From Prorocentrum cordatum (Eukaryota), in contig CAUYUJ010000223.1 in assembly GCA_963575745.1 (NCBI GenBank), positions 62,001-116,630 of the forward strand: a DNA stretch of 54,630 bases, read 5' to 3'. The first letter of the stretch is position 1, and every line of letters starts with the position of its first letter. Of this stretch, positions 50,060-54,630 are shown in pieces. Made by a program: the position numbers and the translations under genes. A model generated the notes under the pieces. It was not told where the DNA came from, ran no database searches, and saw nothing but the letters and a program-made list of their open reading frames with translations.

Positions 50060-50940
50060 ATACTCGTCCTCATCGAGAACTTCTCATCCCCCCTCCCGCC
50101 CCACCCACTGCATGGACCACGCTCGTCCGCATGCTCGCACATCCCCCCGCCCCCCTCACCGCCCACCCACCTCGCCCTGCCACGTGCACGCGCTCCCTTC
50201 ACTACGCCCTCCCATCCTCAACCTAACCTCTCAGCCTCTACTCATCCTCCGGCGGCGCGCGCCGCGCGGACGTCGGGGCGCCGGGGGGGGGGGGGCCTCC
50301 AGCGGCAGAGGCGAGCGGCGAGCGCCGCGGCCTGCCGCAGCTCGGGCCGAAGGCGACGACGCCGTCCAGGCGCCTCCCGCGACGCGGCACGGCGACGATG
50401 ACACGATGACGACGCAGGCAGGACAGGAGGAGGCTGAGTTATGAGTTATCCCGCACCATCACCCTCTCCTCCGCACCACCCTGGCTATCAAGTATCGCGT
50501 CAAATCGTCATATAGCCTCGTATTCCTCCTCGAGAACTTCTCATCCCCCCTCCCGCTCCCTACTGCAGGTGACCACACTCGTCCGCGTGCCATCCCATCC
50601 CGCCCTCCACCCACCCACCCCCGCCACCACCCCCAGCCCCCCAGCCCCAGCCCCCTCGCCCTGCCACATGTCACATGCCCCCAACTCCCTTCCCTGCACC
50701 CCCCAATCCTCAACATCTCATCATCGCGGTCCTCTCCTCAGCCTCTCCTCATCCTCCGGCGGCGCGCGCCGCGCGGACGCTGGGGGGGGGGGGGCCTCCA
50801 GCGGCAGAGGCGAGCGGCGAGCGCCGCAGCCTGCCGCAGCTGAAGGCGACGACCTCGAGCACCAGGCACCTCCCGCGGCGCGGGCACGGCGGCGGCGACG
50901 ATGACACGATGGCGGCGCAGGCAGGACAGGAGGACGAGGC
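50060..50940. repeat. Imperfect tandem duplication (~0.45-0.5 kb period)
   Basis: tcgagaacttctcatcccccctcccgc near 50072 and 50530; tcatcctccggcggcgcgcgccgcgcggacg near 50242 and 50749; gcaggcaggacaggagg near 50413 and 50917. Confidence 0.85.
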
Positions 50941-52639
50941 GGGGTGGGGGGAGGGGGGGGGGGACGGGGTGCGGCAGTGGAAGGACGGAGAGATGGAGGG
51001 AGGACACTTCGGAGACACAGCGGGCATGGCGAGGATGCGAGGAGAGGCGAAGGAGGAGGCAGGGGGGGGGACAGGACAGAGAGGAGCGACGAGTCGACGA
51101 GGCCCTGCGACAGGAGAGAGGGACAGGACAGGAGAGGCGATGGCGATGCGATGAAACCCGAGACCCGAGGCCCCGACTCTTCAGAGTCGTCGGTCGACGC
51201 CGGCAGTCGTGCGCGCCCGCACGCGGGGAACACCAAGCGCAACGGAAGCGACGGAAGCGGCCCTGGCAGAGCGCCGCGCACGATGGAGGGAAAACAGATC
51301 ACAGGCGCTCGGCTCGCTGCGATGCGCACCCTCCGCTCAGTACGGCTGGTGCGGCTGGTACGGCTGGTACGCGGCGCCGGCCTGGCGCGATGCGATCGCG
51401 GGTCGCGGGGCCGCGGCCGCCGCCACCGGGGCCATCAAGTCCAGGTCGGTGGTGGCGATGTCGAAGGCGTCCGCGTACCACCACCTCCAGACCTGATCAG
51501 GCCGAACGCAAAGCAGCTCACATCATCACCATCACCCACATCTGTGCAAACGCGGTCTTGCGGCACAACATATGGGGCGTGTGAATGCGCACCAAAACCC
51601 TGGATCGTACTCAAGACCTGTCTGGGTTTTGAATTCAATCAAAAAACGGATATGACTCAAGACCGGGTCTGCGCAGACCGGGCGACGACGGGTGGATGTG
51701 GATGCGATGTGTTCGCCCCCTCCCCACCAGCTTCCACCCTGCAGTCGTGTTGCTCAGGGTGGCGCCGTCGAACTGCCAGTCCACCTCTCCGGAGGGGGTC
51801 AGAATGTTCTCCCCCCATGTCCCGCCCACAATGCGCGCAGGGCCCACGCGGGCGATGCAGGGGCACACTGACACACTGACACACGAGGGGCGGGGGGGGA
51901 GAGTGCGTTGGGGGCGGGGGGCGGAGCGACGATGCGACGGGCGGGCCGCGCGGATCACCGCGCGGCCCGCGCGGCGCCACCCAGAAGGATGGAGGGACAT
52001 GGAGAGGAGGAGGGGGTCCTGAGGAGGAGGGAGGAGGAGGAAGGAGTCCCAGCGGAGGAGGAGGACGAGGGGGGGGGGGGGGGAGGATGACTGAGGATGA
52101 CGACCTTGCGCCAGCGCTGCAGCCGCCGACACCACCACCACGACCGGGTGCATGTGGGCTCAACCTTCACGTAGACGCCGTTGCCGACGACCGGGGCGCC
52201 GTAGTCGACCTCAGTCCAAGAGTACCTGAGAGCGGGGTGGAATAATCATCATCCGCATCGTACCCATTGTCGTCACTATTCACATCGTTTGCGTCATCTC
52301 CCTCCTGGACTGCGTTGTGTTGTGTTGGGACCTTGGGACCAGCATTCCAGAATCTAGGGCGGACCGCCGGACAGTTGTTGGAACGGCATTCCAAAATCTA
52401 GGCCTGAATGTTTTGGGAACGGGAGGGCGGGGAGGGGGGCGGAGGGGACGGGCAGCGGGTCACCGCGAGCCGTCGGGGTTGAAGCCCTGCGAGTAGCGCT
52501 CGGACGGACTGAGCATCCCGCGGGGCGCGACACGGCCCGGCACGGCGCGCGACGTGAAGGCGCAGCCCGTGGGGCGCGTCAGTGCCAAAATGGCTGCAGT
52601 CAACGAGCCGACATCGACAAACGACGCCATCCCATACCC

Positions 52640-53640
52640 CAGTCAATTAATACAATGCAGGCCATGCAGGAATGTCTAGCACAACAATGATGAACGCGTC
52701 CCTGGCACGTTTCACTCCGAGTGGTATACATACCCCTACCCGTACCCTACCCCCGATGAGATGAGTCTGGATGCGCCCACACATGGCGACACTTTTATTG
52801 TGTTCACGACAAATTACTACAGATGTCCGATCTGAGTGTTGGAAGCGGAGCGGCAACAGGCACGCCACAGCAGCGCAATGCAAGATGTGACCTACTCCCA
52901 CAATCACATGTGGATGCATGAGGCGCTGGAGAAGTAACTACAACATACTAGCACCGACCCTATTACATATAATGGCGCGGTCAATATGGTTTGGTGCCCT
53001 GTCTCAACCGCACTGCGCACTGCTTGTAGTACTGCGTGCGGGTGTCCACGTCCTTACACACAGAGCGCAGCGACAAGCTGAGCGCGCGCCTCCACCCATT
53101 GGCGTGCGCCCCGCACTTGATGCAGAAGAGCGTCGGGATCGGCATGTCGATGGCCGGGTCGAAGTAGCGATCCACGGCGTCGACGCAGCGAAGCTCGCGC
53201 GTGACGTGGCACTTTCCGGGGAAGGTTCTGTCCAGACGGAAGTCTGTGCACGGGCGAAGCACATCTGTCAGCACAACACCACCGTACTCGGTAATGAGCC
53301 CAGGATCGACTGCCATCAAGCCGATCCTCTGACCCGGGATGCGAACCATACGGTAGGGTTGCGGCGGGCGATCACCAACGACGGTGGGCTGGCGGAACAT
53401 GACGCGGATGCGACAGCGGATGCGAGCCGGGTATGCGCAGAAGGGCTCGGGTCGGGAGCGCGACAATTCAACCTGACAAGTGGCCATGTGAGCCAACATG
53501 TGCTACTGGTGGTGGGGTGGACGCCCCGTCGACGCAACAATAGCTCGAGCAAGACGATATGTCAGAGCTCGCATCGATGGTCTGACACAGCGCAGGCTTC
53601 GAATCCAGTTGACGGGGCGGCACCTGATCAGACGCTACGT
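52640..53640 (-). pseudogene. Probable 3' remnant of a non-LTR (LINE-like) ORF with repeated Cys/His modules
   Basis: LFCIKCGAHA..LRSVC..RLRQGTKPY, LLLRRRGVHPT and HPHVIVGVGHILHC resemble repeated C-terminal zinc-binding modules of LINE-like ORFs. No RT core was seen. Confidence 0.4.
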
Positions 53641-53689
53641 CGCAGATTTAGCGACATACTACTCTACACACATTATGTTTACCACGTCA

Positions 53690-54630
53690 CATATGTAGTC
53701 AACTACTGCGCGAATTTAATGACCTATGTCACACATTTGGTGAAGTAGTTCACATATTTGGTACGTCATGTCACACGTTTTGTGAACTACTTCACATATT
53801 AAGTGAACTGATCCACGCATTTGGTGAACTACTTCACATATTTGATGATGTACTTCACATGTTTGGCGAATCAATTCGCAGTTTTGGTGCATTGCTTCAC
53901 AGATTCTGTGAACTAATTCACGAATTTGGTGAACCAGTTCGCGGATTTGGTGAACCAGTTCGCGGATTTGGTGAACCAGTTCGCGGATTTAGTGAACTAG
54001 TTCACATATTTAATGAATTACCTCACAATTTTAGTGAACCAGTTCGCGGATTTGGTGAACTACTTCCCACATTTCGTGAATTACCTCACAGATTTTGGCG
54101 AATTCATTCACATGCGCAGTGGTACCCGTCACGCGCGTAGTGAAATACTGGACGAACTTGGTGAACTAATTCACAGATTTGGCGAGTGACGTCACATGTT
54201 TGGTGAATCAATTCACATGTTTGGTGAACTACTTCACATGTTTAGTGAACTAGTTCACGAATTTGGTGAACTACTTCACATATTTGGCGAGGTACCTTAC
54301 ATATTTGGTGAACCACTTCGCGCATTTAGTGAACTAGTTCACGAATTTGGTGAACTAATTCACACATTTGGTGAGTTATTTCACGCATTTGGTGATTCAC
54401 TTCGCATATTTAGTGAACTAGTTCACATATTTAGTGAACTACTTCACACTTATGATGAATTACGTCACGAATTTGGTGAACTAATTCACAGTTTTGGTGG
54501 AGTACCTCACATGGTTGGTGAATCAATTCACATGTTTGGTGAATTACTTCACATATTTAGTGAACTAGTTCACGAATTTGGTGAAGTACTTCACATATTT
54601 GGCGAGTTACCGTGCATATTTGGTGAACCA
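53690..54630. repeat. 21-bp AT-rich tandem satellite (TTGGTGAACTACTTCACATAT consensus), runs off the right edge
   Basis: About 45 contiguous degenerate 21-mers with no unique spacers. Confidence 0.95.

Noticed and set aside
53690..54630. CRISPR array
   Set aside because: Units are contiguous and degenerate with no unique spacers, and there are no cas genes; this is a tandem satellite.

Overview
GC-rich, repeat-dominated eukaryotic DNA. Degenerate PPR repeats, GC-donor introns, relic spliced-leader-like sequence and a methyltransferase-carrying Copia element point to a dinoflagellate (Prorocentrum-like; inference). From left to right: (1) a minus-strand Copia-type LTR retrotransposon (5' LTR ~5078-5438, PBS, Gag with CCHC knuckle, aspartic protease, an overprinted second ORF, then past a homopolymer frameshift a C5-cytosine methyltransferase domain and the start of integrase, running off the left edge), abutting degenerate PPR repeats; (2) microsatellites and a weakly supported intron-rich gene; (3) a ~6.5 kb hierarchical CCAAGA satellite whose large units are joined by a double hairpin showing covariation; (4) a foldback-like block with telomere-like and CTACTCA repeats; (5) a decayed second Copia pol; (6) a ~12 kb unit with split direct repeats, SL-like relics and a giant Ala/Pro/Thr repeat ORF; (7) a minus-strand gene pair made of an intact DNMT5-like C5 methyltransferase and a large protein with a ParB/Srx-like region; (8) a LINE-like zinc-finger remnant and a 21-bp satellite. 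All calls come from reading motifs by eye; no database searches were run.
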